DNA of 54,453 nt from a virus (IMGVR_UViG_3300022591_000012:1-54453); one strand, 5' to 3'; shown: positions 8,242-16,902, counted from the first letter of the stretch. Notes: generated by a model not told the origin, from the sequence alone. Program-made: numbers and translations.

Positions 8242-8701
8242 GTTCGTTCACCCCAGGAAGTTGCAGCAACGCGATGATGGCTTCCGCCTGGTCGCGCCGG
8301 ATCATGAAGCCTCCACCCTCGGATGGATGGACCGCCTTGATGTCCAAGCCGTTCAGCTTGCACCAGTTCGGCATGGCCGCATGGTAGCGGATGGTGATGT
8401 CCTCCAGAGGACCGGCAGGGATGATGCCAGCCGCTGCCTGTTCCTTACGCCAGCCGATCCGCCACCGGGCGCGTCGATCCTCCCGCCCATAGTCCGGCGC
8501 CTTACACGGGAACCCCGCCTTATATTCGGCGCGTCCGAACGCCTCTGCTTCCTCACCAGAGGGCGGCCACGCGGTGGTTTGGACCGCCCGCTCCGCCAGC
8601 GGTTTCCGCGGGCAATTTGGGTAATCACCGCACGGCTCTGCTGCGCCGACGAAGGAGCGGCAGATGCAGGTTTCGGTGGTGGTACTGGGATCACTCGGCA
8701 T
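8231..8701 (-). CDS. hypothetical protein with RMF-like motif
   Basis: Likely start MPSDPS at 8701; GRAEYKAG..CKAPDY...RARWRIGW. Confidence 0.55.
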   Translation of the reverse strand: MPSDPSTTTETCICRSFVGAAEPCGDYPNCPRKPLAERAVQTTAWPPSGEEAEAFGRAEYKAGFPCKAPDYGREDRRARWRIGWRKEQAAAGIIPAGPLEDITIRYHAAMPNWCKLNGLDIKAVHPSEGGGFMIRRDQAEAIIALLQLPGVNEHGN

Positions 8702-8879
8702 TTTCTGCGCCCTCATCGCACTGGCCTTCCCGCTCGCATTTGCACGTGCCGCCACACCAACCGCACCATGCGGGTTCCGGAAGATCGTAGTGGGGGTCAG
8801 GGTCAGGCGGGGTGGTTTCGGGTTGGGGGTTGACATCTTTCAGCGACTCCTGGGCGGTGGTTTTCAGATCGTCGCTCAT
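8691..8879 (-). CDS. small Cys-rich hypothetical protein
   Basis: ATGA coupling to upstream gene; CGWCGGTCKC. Confidence 0.5.
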   Translation of the reverse strand: MSDDLKTTAQESLKDVNPQPETTPPDPDPHYDLPEPAWCGWCGGTCKCEREGQCDEGAENAE

Positions 8880-9103
8880 ATTGACACCTTCTTTCCCGTC
8901 CCCGGAAACGTGGCGATATCGCCGCTACCGTCGAGGCGCTGGACCTTGCATCTGTCGCCAAGGGCAACGGCAGCCTGAAAGCGCCACAGCGCCTCGCCCT
9001 CGCTGCAATCCACGGTGCGGTATTCCGTCGCCGGATCGCCGAACACGACGCGGCACATTGCGCACTGATCAACCTCGGCCGCAATCAGGGTTGTCTCGCT
9101 CAT
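8876..9103 (-). CDS. hypothetical protein
   Basis: SD AAGGAG, ATGA overlap. Confidence 0.6.
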   Translation of the reverse strand: MSETTLIAAEVDQCAMCRVVFGDPATEYRTVDCSEGEALWRFQAAVALGDRCKVQRLDGSGDIATFPGTGKKVSI

Positions 9104-9516
9104 GTCGACTCCTTCCGTTCTGCGCGCTGATCCGTAGCAACCATATCCCGGATTTCCCGCCTATCCGCATCAGGCAACATTTGCGCAGCATGCAGCAGCG
9201 GCACATCCAGTGCCAAGAATATCGCGCTTCTCAGCGCCCGGACTTCCGGCGACGCGGCAAGGTATTCGTCTACTGTCGATTGGCCGAGCCGGATTGCGCG
9301 CTTCATCGCCTCATAGACAATGCGCAAATCAGCCCGCCGGACAGAAACGCGATCCCGGTCCTGTTCTTCGGCTTGGTCCATTATGTTGTTGATGGCCGCG
9401 GCGCGTTGCTCGGGAGTAAGGTTTTCAGCCTCCGGTCCCCACGACACATGCGCGCTGACAACGCGAGACTCATTCAGTCGCGCCAGCAGTCGGTCTTGTT
9501 CTGGTGCTTCGCTCAC
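9100..9516 (-). CDS. hypothetical protein
   Basis: GTG start at 9516 with SD GGAGG, GTGA overlap. Confidence 0.65.
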   Translation of the reverse strand: MSEAPEQDRLLARLNESRVVSAHVSWGPEAENLTPEQRAAAINNIMDQAEEQDRDRVSVRRADLRIVYEAMKRAIRLGQSTVDEYLAASPEVRALRSAIFLALDVPLLHAAQMLPDADRREIRDMVATDQRAERKEST

Positions 9517-9731
9517 TTCTTCCTCCGTGCCGGCGCCGCCAATTCCATAGCCCGATCGTAAGCCGCCAACTGACGAGCGGCCTCCGCTTTGCACAGGTCT
9601 ATCACCTTGTCGGCAGTCCGCTTTCCCCTCTGTGTATAGACGAGTCCACTTTCCATTAAGATGATAACGGCGTGAAAAACATTGAGGTCTGTATGCGCTT
9701 TAGCTGCGGCAAGTGCCGGGGATTCTTTCAC
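9513..9731 (-). CDS. hypothetical protein
   Basis: GTG start at 9731 with SD GGAGG; flanked by 27-bp direct repeats. Confidence 0.6.
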   Translation of the reverse strand: MKESPALAAAKAHTDLNVFHAVIILMESGLVYTQRGKRTADKVIDLCKAEAARQLAAYDRAMELAAPARRKK

Positions 9732-9754
9732 TTCTTCCTCCGTGCCGGTGCCGC
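9513..9754. repeat. 27-bp direct repeat (9513-9539 and 9728-9754)
   Basis: TCACTTCTTCCTCCGTGCCGG(C/T)GCCGC, one mismatch. Confidence 0.9.
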
Positions 9755-9907
9755 AGGCTTCGGCAACCATCCTCCATCCACCAGCCATGCAATGACCGCC
9801 TTCCGGACGATCAGCGACATCGACCACTCATGGTGCGCCGCGGCTTTCGCTAGCGCCTCATGCTCGGGCGGTTCCAAGCGGAACCCCGTGACTGCTTTCT
9901 TTGCCAT
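9728..9907 (-). CDS. ribbon-helix-helix (CopG/Arc-like) regulator, 59 aa
   Basis: MAKKAVTGFRLEPPEHEALAKAAAHHEWSMSLIVRKAVIAWL; not in ORF track. Confidence 0.75.
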   Translation of the reverse strand: MAKKAVTGFRLEPPEHEALAKAAAHHEWSMSLIVRKAVIAWLVDGGWLPKPAAPARRKK

Positions 9908-9913
9908 GCAGGG

Positions 9914-9942
9914 ACCATAGCGATTCCGTCAACGCGCGTCAA
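9914..9942 (-). promoter_or_regulatory. sigma70 promoter of RHH operon
   Basis: TTGACG-17 nt-TATGGT, 6 nt before ATG. Confidence 0.65.
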
Positions 9943-10004
9943 CATTGTTGTTGCGTTTATCGGCGGGGCGGGGTATGGATGGCGAAGCGAAACAGGAGAT
10001 CGAG

Positions 10005-10295
10005 ATGCCCCGAATGCCTACATCAAAACCCCCGCGCCTCGGTGACGCGCCGATCGAACAGAAGCACCGTGAGGCCATGAACGCGGTTGCCGCCTCGCTG
10101 GACGAGGTGTTCAACGGCACCAAGCGCGGCCATGACCGCGATACCGGGTTTGTCCTGCTGGTGTTCCCGTTCGGCGCCAAGGACGGCCGGTGCAATTACA
10201 TTTCGAACGGCGCGGATCGGCGCGACATCATCGTAATGATGAAAGAGCAGATCGCCCGGTTTGAGGGACAGGCTGACGTGAGCGGTCGCGCGTGA
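10005..10295 (+). CDS. hypothetical phage protein
   Basis: SD AGGAG; GFVLLVFPFG...CNYISNGADRRD. Confidence 0.7.
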   Translation: MPRMPTSKPPRLGDAPIEQKHREAMNAVAASLDEVFNGTKRGHDRDTGFVLLVFPFGAKDGRCNYISNGADRRDIIVMMKEQIARFEGQADVSGRA

Positions 10296-10322
10296 CGAAA
10301 CCACGTCCAAACGGAGGCTCAC

Positions 10323-10571
10323 ATGTGCCGGCGCGGCCACTATTGGGATGACGGGAAGCCAGCCCACAACTGCGAAATATGCGGAGCGTCATTCACGCAG
10401 GCCGACGAGGCTACGCTGCCCGAGGCGGTCTGCGACGACGGCCGGGAGGGTCGGTTCTGCCCGTCGTGCCGTTGCGATCTGGTTGAGGACTGGCCGTCAG
10501 AGGATTGCGCGGAGACGGAACTGGAACAGGTCGCTGAGTGGCGATTGAAACACGCCGCCGCGGCGGCATAG
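10323..10571 (+). CDS. small Zn-finger protein
   Basis: SD GGAGG; CEIC and CPSC. Confidence 0.6.
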   Translation: MCRRGHYWDDGKPAHNCEICGASFTQADEATLPEAVCDDGREGRFCPSCRCDLVEDWPSEDCAETELEQVAEWRLKHAAAAA

Positions 10572-10593
10572 CAAACGGACGAAGGAAAGAACG

Positions 10594-10908
10594 ATGGCAA
10601 CTGTGACAATTGATGGACGCTCGTTTTCGGGCCGGTCTGTCTCAATCATCAACGGGCGCGTCATCATTGATGGCGTCGCCCAAGGCGGAACCTTATCCGG
10701 CGTAGTCGAGATCAAAATCACGGAAGGCGTGCTTGCTGAACTGAAGACCGACGCCTCGGTATCATGCGGGTCGGTGACAGGTAACGTTTCAGCAGGCGGT
10801 AGCGTCAACTGTGATCGTGTCGGCGGCAGCGTGACAGCCGGCGGTTCGGTGAACTGCGATGATGTCGGCGGATCGGTTTCGGCTGGCGGCAGCGTGCGTC
10901 ACGGCTGA
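10594..10908 (+). CDS. small beta-solenoid-like repeat protein
   Basis: SD AAGGA; repeats VGGSV(S/T)AGGSVNCD. Confidence 0.75.
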   Translation: MATVTIDGRSFSGRSVSIINGRVIIDGVAQGGTLSGVVEIKITEGVLAELKTDASVSCGSVTGNVSAGGSVNCDRVGGSVTAGGSVNCDDVGGSVSAGGSVRHG

Positions 10909-10958
10909 ACATCAAACAGAGGCGCGGTATCGCCTCCCCGACACACAAGGGAAAAACA

Positions 10959-11111
10959 ATGTTTACATTTTTCAAGTGGTTATGCGTCTTTATCGGCGCG
11001 CTGTTCCTGGCCTTTGTCGGCGCCTCGATGCTGGTTTTTCTCGCCAATGACTACCGCGACCAGATCGTCACACAGACCGTGCGGCAGGCGCAGCACTCGG
11101 CGCAGCAGTAG
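10959..11111 (+). CDS. small single-pass membrane protein (50 aa)
   Basis: SD AAGGG; MFTFFKWLCVFIGALFLAFVGASMLVFLA; below ORF-track cutoff. Confidence 0.55.
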   Translation: MFTFFKWLCVFIGALFLAFVGASMLVFLANDYRDQIVTQTVRQAQHSAQQ

Positions 11112-11127
11112 GAGTCTCCCCAAACGC

Positions 11128-11163
11128 AAAACGCCCGCTCGGATCGCTCCGGCGGGCGTTCTG
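11128..11163. terminator. terminator between convergent genes
   Basis: AAAACGCCCGC...GCGGGCGTT. Confidence 0.65.
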
Positions 11164-11167
11164 CTGT

Positions 11168-11398
11168 CTATCTCGGCGCGCGGCGCTGCTTCCGCTTCGC
11201 CGCCGCTGCCACGTTCGCCGGCTCTAGCGCCCGGCGGCGTGCGGTTATCAGACGCGCCAACCGCTCTCGCCACTCGGCCTCTTTCCAGAGGTCCGCGGAC
11301 GAGAACTCCCGCCGCCCGTCCACGATCAAGGTCGGCCGCAACCCGGCGATCCGCCGCCTGAGCGTCGCGATCTCCCGGCGGATTTCCGCCAGTGTCAT
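11168..11398 (-). CDS. small basic hypothetical protein
   Basis: ATGA coupling; ends at terminator. Confidence 0.55.
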   Translation of the reverse strand: MTLAEIRREIATLRRRIAGLRPTLIVDGRREFSSADLWKEAEWRERLARLITARRRALEPANVAAAAKRKQRRAPR

Positions 11399-11586
11399 TC
11401 GGTTGGCTTTGGCGATGGTGGTTCAGCAGGCGCCGGCATCGGCGGGTAGACCGTGCCGCCCGCATCCCGGATCGCCGCGCCGGCCTTCAGCAGCGCGAAA
11501 AGCGTCCGAGTGCCGGGCGTGGCTCGAAATGCCGCGTCCGCGGTTTTCAGCGCGGCAAACATTCCGGGGAAATCAACATCGCTCAT
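11395..11586 (-). CDS. hypothetical protein
   Basis: SD GGGAG before MSDVDFPG. Confidence 0.5.
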   Translation of the reverse strand: MSDVDFPGMFAALKTADAAFRATPGTRTLFALLKAGAAIRDAGGTVYPPMPAPAEPPSPKPTE

Positions 11587-11601
11587 CCGGCACACGCTCC
11601 C

Positions 11602-11638
11602 AAAAAATCGACATCGCCGCTTTTTTGACGGCGCTGTC
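11602..11638 (-). terminator. putative intrinsic terminator
   Basis: GACAGCGCCG-loop-CGGCGATGTC followed by GATTTTTT on minus strand. Confidence 0.5.
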
Positions 11639-11670
11639 AATGGGAGATTGAATGATGTATATCGTTGGAA

Positions 11671-12036
11671 CTAACCCGAGTTTACTGCTGCCCGCACCGC
11701 AGCCTCAAGCGCGGCCATGGCGGATTTGTGGTCCGCATGCCCGTGCGAACTGTAATCCACGAAGTTCATGCCGACAGCATCCCACTTCCATTTCTCATCG
11801 CCTGCGACAGCGCAGATCGAGCCGACATGGACGTGGTATGCACCCATGTACAGATCACAGTTTCCGTTGTATTGATTTTTGTATAGCAGCGGCAGCGTAA
11901 CGGACTGGGCCGCCACCGCATCCCGGCGGTGGAACTCGGCCATGATCTCTCCGGCGGTTCCGTTCGGCGTGCGGCAGGCGGACGCGTAGTGCCGTGCCAA
12001 CTCCGCCAGCTTCATCGTATTCAGGTCGTTGTCCAT
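11671..12036 (-). CDS. hypothetical protein
   Basis: SD GGAGG; part of leftward operon. Confidence 0.65.
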   Translation of the reverse strand: MDNDLNTMKLAELARHYASACRTPNGTAGEIMAEFHRRDAVAAQSVTLPLLYKNQYNGNCDLYMGAYHVHVGSICAVAGDEKWKWDAVGMNFVDYSSHGHADHKSAMAALEAAVRAAVNSG

Positions 12037-12039
12037 GGC

Positions 12040-12243
12040 TCAGTCCTCCATTCGGGGCATCGTCCACCCCTCAAGTTCCGCGATCTCCGACACTCGTTTC
12101 CAGTAGCCGCCCCGGAAGTCGTCGCTGTCCCCCGGCGATGGCCGGTTCTGCGGGTGGCTGAACCAATCGGCCGGTTGCACATCGGCCGGTCGCTGCTCCG
12201 AAACCGAACTGGCGCGGTTATAGCCGGCGTTGAACTGCGTCAT
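12040..12243 (-). CDS. hypothetical protein
   Basis: SD GGGGAGG; ATGA overlap. Confidence 0.6.
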   Translation of the reverse strand: MTQFNAGYNRASSVSEQRPADVQPADWFSHPQNRPSPGDSDDFRGGYWKRVSEIAELEGWTMPRMED

Positions 12244-12665
12244 TGGTCAGCCTCCCCTTCCGGTACTTCCGGCAAATCCTCGATCTGTCCAGGCAGTTCG
12301 GACGGGTCGAACTCGTCATACGGCGGATCGGGGAAGTCGAAATCCTCGCCTTCCAGCGCCTCGGCAGTCCGGGTCCATGCCTCGGCCCATTCAGATGCGG
12401 CGCGGCCTTTGTCGCCCTCCTGCCACTTGTCGGACTTGCCGCCGATCTCCGACTCTGCATCTTCTGCAATTCCGGCGACAAACTCGCGGGCTTCCTCCAA
12501 AGCGCCGTTGTATTCGCCCAGGGCCTCGCGAAACTGGTCATTGAGTGCGGCCAGGCCATCGGCATAAGCCGTTCTGGCGGCAACGTAGGCATCGCTTGCG
12601 CGGCGCAGCGAGGCGGTGATGTCGTCGCGCTCCTTGGACTGCGCTCGGGTCAGTTTCAGGGTCAT
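12240..12665 (-). CDS. acidic helical phage protein
   Basis: KSDKWQEGDKG motif; ATGA coupling. Confidence 0.7.
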   Translation of the reverse strand: MTLKLTRAQSKERDDITASLRRASDAYVAARTAYADGLAALNDQFREALGEYNGALEEAREFVAGIAEDAESEIGGKSDKWQEGDKGRAASEWAEAWTRTAEALEGEDFDFPDPPYDEFDPSELPGQIEDLPEVPEGEADQ

Positions 12666-12931
12666 GGCTCAAACCTCTCGAACGCGTCACTCATCACATC
12701 CCGAACCCGCCGGATCGCGTTATTCCACCCGGCGGAATACACAGCGACATGCTCGGGTGCCGTCGCGCTGGTGTCCGGCGGCAGGTTCCCGGCCAGGACA
12801 CGGGAAGTCAACCGCGTGACCGTATCTCGGTACCCGCAGCATTTCGTCACCAGTTGCCCAATTGCTTCGGATAGGTCGTCGGACGCAGCGAGGCGGTTGC
12901 CCTCGGGGTCTCGGATTTCGATTAGGGCCAT
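12662..12931 (-). CDS. hypothetical protein
   Basis: SD GGGGAG; YSAGWNNAI. Confidence 0.6.
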   Translation of the reverse strand: MALIEIRDPEGNRLAASDDLSEAIGQLVTKCCGYRDTVTRLTSRVLAGNLPPDTSATAPEHVAVYSAGWNNAIRRVRDVMSDAFERFEP

Positions 12932-12934
12932 GGC

Positions 12935-13213
12935 TCAGGTCTCCCCGCATGCATCGGCAATCGCCCGCAACATCCGCTCGTCATCAACCCGCGCCTTCTC
13001 GGCCAGATGGGCGTGAAACAGCATCACTTGTGCCAGATCTGTGAGCGCGTTCCCGAATGTCAGCAGAGCAACCGTTGATTCCAGCGTGGGGGTCTCAGAA
13101 AACCCCTTCTCCCTGCCGATGCGGGCAAGATAGTGCACAAGCGACATATGCTCATCGGCAAGGCTTTTCATTTCGGCGATTTCGGCGGGGTTGATTTTTG
13201 GTTTGCGTGCCAT
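12935..13213 (-). CDS. hypothetical protein
   Basis: SD AAGGGA. Confidence 0.6.
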   Translation of the reverse strand: MARKPKINPAEIAEMKSLADEHMSLVHYLARIGREKGFSETPTLESTVALLTFGNALTDLAQVMLFHAHLAEKARVDDERMLRAIADACGET

Positions 13214-13234
13214 TGGTCTGGTATCCCTTCGGTG

Positions 13235-13465
13235 TCAGTAAACGGGTTGCAAATGCGCAGCCTGCCACGGGCAGCGCGGCGCGTCCGCGAACGGGACAAA
13301 CCGCGTCACGTCATTCAGCTTCAAGCCATGCTTTGCGGTGCAGACAAGATCATTGTTGATGCGCCCAAGCCATGAGCCGTCCGGGTTTACCGCGACGCAC
13401 TCGGCCCACGGCGTTTCTCCGGGTAGCCAGACTTTTACGGTTTCGCCGATCTTTGGCGTGGTCAT
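13235..13465 (-). CDS. DUF2314-like small protein
   Basis: GETPWAE...GRINND...HGLKLND; junction motif AACCGGAG upstream. Confidence 0.6.
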   Translation of the reverse strand: MTTPKIGETVKVWLPGETPWAECVAVNPDGSWLGRINNDLVCTAKHGLKLNDVTRFVPFADAPRCPWQAAHLQPVY

Positions 13466-13488
13466 CGTCGTGTCTCCGGTTCGTGGTA

Positions 13489-13776
13489 TCAGGCAGTCCA
13501 GCCAAGCCGCGCCGCAATAATGGTCACGCGCGGGTCGCACATATCCCCGCCGAGCCGGTAGGGCGGGTCCTCAAGCCCGTGCTCAATGCAGAGCAGCGCC
13601 CGACCCATGTGACAACAGGCGTCAGCCATGGTGGCGTCTGTCTTGACGATCGCGAGCAGCAGGGGGTCAGGCGCCTCGTCGTCGGCCGTCGTGTTGTCGA
13701 TCGCCCACTGAGCGTACTCACGAATTAGCTTGGCGGTTTCGACGGCCGGGATTGTGTGGTTGAGCGTGCTAGGCAT
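13489..13776 (-). CDS. hypothetical protein
   Basis: SD GAGG, preceded by hairpin junction. Confidence 0.65.
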   Translation of the reverse strand: MPSTLNHTIPAVETAKLIREYAQWAIDNTTADDEAPDPLLLAIVKTDATMADACCHMGRALLCIEHGLEDPPYRLGGDMCDPRVTIIAARLGWTA

Positions 13777-13830
13777 GATCGTTACCTCGTTGTTGGGGTG
13801 TTAGCCGGGCGCGTGGCCCGGCGGGTTGGG

Positions 13831-14226
13831 TTAGGCGGCTTCTTCGATTGCCTTGCGTTCCGCCTCTTGCATGACTTCCCGCGCCTTCGTGCATATGTTG
13901 TCCTCAACACATCTGGCCTCGCCATCGGCCTCGGCCTGGGCGCTTACGTATGCATTAAGGCCAGATTCATCGTCCAAATCGTAATCAGATTGGTCGATGT
14001 CGTCCGGGGTGACGTGGACGGAGATGTCGTGATGTTGGGGGTCGCATTCCGGCGGCGCAAACTTAACCGTGATTCTATCGTCATCGGTGAAGTATCCGAA
14101 CTCGGCATCAAGAGCCGCCTCGACGGCATCTTTGACCGCCTCGTAAGCCTTGTCACAAGAGCAACCATCGACCTCGCCGATGGACATCTTGCTTAAAGTG
14201 GCTGTAATCTTGATCTGCTTTGCCAT
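13831..14226 (-). CDS. acidic hypothetical protein
   Basis: SD CCGGAG; alternative start 14232. Confidence 0.7.
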   Translation of the reverse strand: MAKQIKITATLSKMSIGEVDGCSCDKAYEAVKDAVEAALDAEFGYFTDDDRITVKFAPPECDPQHHDISVHVTPDDIDQSDYDLDDESGLNAYVSAQAEADGEARCVEDNICTKAREVMQEAERKAIEEAA

Positions 14227-14285
14227 TGTCATTACTCCGGTTTGAGCCGGGCGCGTGGCCGCCCGGTGGTGGGGTTAGGCGGAGG

Positions 14286-14501
14286 CTATTTTTCTACGCA
14301 CGCTGTCGAGCGTGATTCCATCGCCAGCACCGCGCGCTTGATCCTGTGCCACGCCGCATCGCTCATACCGTCGTATACCATCCTGACGGCGGCATGAATT
14401 ACCGCATCGCGTGCGGATGGATTACAATGGGGATTGCTGCACTGATCCAGCGACGTAGCGCCGCACGAGCAGGGCCACGGCACGGTGGCATCTTCGCTCA
14501 T
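14286..14501 (-). CDS. small Cys-containing protein
   Basis: ATGA overlap; CSCG...CSNPHC. Confidence 0.55.
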   Translation of the reverse strand: MSEDATVPWPCSCGATSLDQCSNPHCNPSARDAVIHAAVRMVYDGMSDAAWHRIKRAVLAMESRSTACVEK

Positions 14502-14656
14502 GCCACCACCTCTACCGTCACGCCGGGGTCTTTTCCAAAGTAGTTTCCGTAAATGGCGATCGCGGTCTTCATGGCAGATTCCTGATCCTTGCCCCGGACT
14601 GTTCCGAGGTATTTTCCAGCGGTGCTGGTGACTGAGAAGTTCTTGAGGATCGTCAT
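14498..14656 (-). CDS. small hypothetical protein
   Basis: SD GGAG; first gene after leftward promoter. Confidence 0.65.
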   Translation of the reverse strand: MTILKNFSVTSTAGKYLGTVRGKDQESAMKTAIAIYGNYFGKDPGVTVEVVA

Positions 14657-14690
14657 CGTGTCTCTCCGGGTTGGCGTCTGCTGTGGGGGT

Positions 14691-14814
14691 GTTATGGACC
14701 GTTCGTCAGTGACGGTCAACAGCTAAATGCACCATCAGACGATTTTTATTTTCCGATAAAATATGGGGAACATAAAAATAGGTGTTGACGGTCGTTAGTG
14801 ACGGGATTTATATA
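14691..14814. promoter_or_regulatory. divergent promoters with shared palindromic operator
   Basis: Minus TTGACC-17-CATAAC; plus TTGACG-18-TATATA; CGTCAGTGACG (14704-14714) and CGTTAGTGACG (14793-14803) in the spacers. Confidence 0.7.
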
Positions 14815-14840
14815 AGGGCGTCGCAACAGGAGTAACGAGA

Positions 14841-15068
14841 ATGGCCCTGACAGACGCGGATATCGCCCAGTTCGCCAAAGCGGCAGTGAAGTCCGGGGCA
14901 ACTGCGTATGATGTCGCTACTCCGGAAGGAAAAGCCCGGTTGGCTGCGCAAGGCCGGACGGCTGCGCAGGCTTATTTTGATCAGGCCAAGGCGGACATCC
15001 GGGACAGCGGCTACCGCGTGACGAAACGGGTCGAGGATGTGCTCTGGCAGACCTTGATGTCGATTTGA
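14841..15068 (+). CDS. hypothetical protein
   Basis: SD AGGAG; first rightward gene. Confidence 0.7.
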   Translation: MALTDADIAQFAKAAVKSGATAYDVATPEGKARLAAQGRTAAQAYFDQAKADIRDSGYRVTKRVEDVLWQTLMSI

Positions 15069-15092
15069 ACTACACTACAACCGGAGGCATAA

Positions 15093-15275
15093 TTGCCCAT
15101 CGACCCCAAAGGCAAAGAGCGCCAAGCCCGCATGACAGAACGCCGCAAAGCCTGCGAGGAAGCTTGCCGCCGCATCCGCGACGACCGCGCCGCGATCCGC
15201 ACCCTCGATGACGCGATAACTGCTGCGGCTGTGGCGCTGGCACCGCCGAAGAAACCGACACAGGAGATGACATGA
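15093..15275 (+). CDS. small hypothetical protein
   Basis: SD GGAGG with TTG start. Confidence 0.55.
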   Translation: MPIDPKGKERQARMTERRKACEEACRRIRDDRAAIRTLDDAITAAAVALAPPKKPTQEMT

Positions 15276-15604
15276 GCAAACCCCTAACCGCCGCAAAGGT
15301 CCGCTCAGTGCTTCGGCAAGCTGGATACGATTGCGCGAAGTCCCACACGACAAGGGTCCGCGGATGGCGGAGCTGGTCATCCGGGTTTCTTGTCCGTGAC
15401 TGCGGCAAAATCATCGTTGAATATAAGGCCGATTTTCCGAGTGAAAATCGCGTTCGCGCGTGGCTTGAACGATATCGGGTTGCGCTGTCCGCTGCCGGGT
15501 TAGCAGTGACAGACGGGCCGCATGACAGCCTTTTTGTCGTGGCGCTGGCACCGATCCGGAATACCGGAGACGAAACCCGCGACGCGGGGAAAGATGAGAG
15601 ATGA
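15272..15604 (+). CDS. hypothetical protein
   Basis: SD AGGAG, ATGA overlap. Confidence 0.65.
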   Translation: MSKPLTAAKVRSVLRQAGYDCAKSHTTRVRGWRSWSSGFLVRDCGKIIVEYKADFPSENRVRAWLERYRVALSAAGLAVTDGPHDSLFVVALAPIRNTGDETRDAGKDER

Positions 15605-15915
15605 CCGCGCCAGACACTGCCCGATGGGGCGATGATATCCTGACCAGCGACCACATCCGAGGGTGTCAGGGCCGCGAGTATCAATGCACATGTGGATACG
15701 ATGACGCCAAAGATGCCGAGATCACACGGCTACGCGCCGAAGTGGCCGATCTTCGTATTTCCGTTATCGCGTTCTGTGGCCCGTTTGCGGCGGAATACGC
15801 GAGGGATCGTGGCTATCCGCACAACCATCTGCACCCGCACCATTACGACATCCTCGCGAAAGCCGGTGCTCGGATGGATGATTTTGTCCGTGTCAAATTG
15901 GATGAGCACGCATGA
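15601..15915 (+). CDS. hypothetical protein
   Basis: ATGA overlap; CQGREYQCTCGY and LHPHHYDILAKAGARMDDF. Confidence 0.65.
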   Translation: MTAPDTARWGDDILTSDHIRGCQGREYQCTCGYDDAKDAEITRLRAEVADLRISVIAFCGPFAAEYARDRGYPHNHLHPHHYDILAKAGARMDDFVRVKLDEHA

Positions 15916-16271
15916 CCCTCCCCTTCATCCCCGCACCCCCCACGACTGAAATCATCCGCGACATCCTTGCGGACCCCACCGCCCGCGTGCGGGAGCGCCA
16001 GCTTGCGGAACGGGCGTTGGAACTGGAGGAAGCCATCCAGGCCAACCACGACACGCGCTACGGAAAAGGACACGCGGCCCGAGCCGTATTTTCGCCGGCC
16101 GACGTGGCGCTGTTCGAGGCGGCGGGGATCGTCTGGAACAGGCCCCCGCCCTGGCAACCGACGCCCGATCAGCGAGAGGCGTGGAGGCGCGATCCCGGCG
16201 CGGCGAAGCGGGAGCGGGAGATCGGACTTGATCCGGTCAGGGTGGACATCGTGCCGGAGCAACTTCCATGA
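15912..16271 (+). CDS. hypothetical protein
   Basis: ATGA coupling on both sides. Confidence 0.6.
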   Translation: MTLPFIPAPPTTEIIRDILADPTARVRERQLAERALELEEAIQANHDTRYGKGHAARAVFSPADVALFEAAGIVWNRPPPWQPTPDQREAWRRDPGAAKREREIGLDPVRVDIVPEQLP

Positions 16272-16690
16272 CAACCCCTATCCAACGCCTGACGCGCTAC
16301 GTCCACCACATGTCCACCATCATTCCGGACGGGGATTTCCTGATCGCCAGCGCACCGGGCGGCGTGGCGCTGGAACTGTCCGATCTGCGGGCGGTGCTGG
16401 CGACGGCGCAACCTGATCCGGACGAGTGGTTCAGACTGCGTGCCGGCGAGGATGACCGGATAGCCGCGCTACAGAAACTTTGCCGCGAACGGACCCATCC
16501 CGTTGATCCCGCGGCGGCGATACCGGCGCCGGAGGTCGGACAGGTGTGGGCTGGCTGGACGGTCATTGCCGCCGGCCCGCACATTCACCTGGAGCGCAGC
16601 GGAAAGTGGCGGATCGATACGCACGAGCAGTTCCGGACTTGGGTGCTGCGCACTGGCGCCCGCCCAGCAACCACGGGAGCCGGCGCATGA
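16268..16690 (+). CDS. hypothetical protein
   Basis: SD GGAG, ATGA coupling; N-terminus resembles 6885-7076. Confidence 0.65.
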   Translation: MTTPIQRLTRYVHHMSTIIPDGDFLIASAPGGVALELSDLRAVLATAQPDPDEWFRLRAGEDDRIAALQKLCRERTHPVDPAAAIPAPEVGQVWAGWTVIAAGPHIHLERSGKWRIDTHEQFRTWVLRTGARPATTGAGA

Positions 16691-16902
16691 CCTACACCGA
16701 ACCTCAACGCCGTGCGCTGGCCTGGCTGACCCCGGAGTGGCAGAACGCCACCCGGCCGGTTAGCGCGGCCCTGGATAGCCTCTGGACGTATCATCGGGCG
16801 ATGGTCGAGCGGGAAGCCTATTCCGGCCCGCGTGGTGGATGGAGGGTGCGCTGGCGGCTGACACCGGCGGGCGTGGCAGCGAAGGCGGCACCCGGCGCCT
16901 GA
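16687..16902 (+). CDS. small winged-helix-like protein
   Basis: SD GGGAG; TEPQRRAL...WRLTPAG. Confidence 0.6.
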   Translation: MTYTEPQRRALAWLTPEWQNATRPVSAALDSLWTYHRAMVEREAYSGPRGGWRVRWRLTPAGVAAKAAPGA

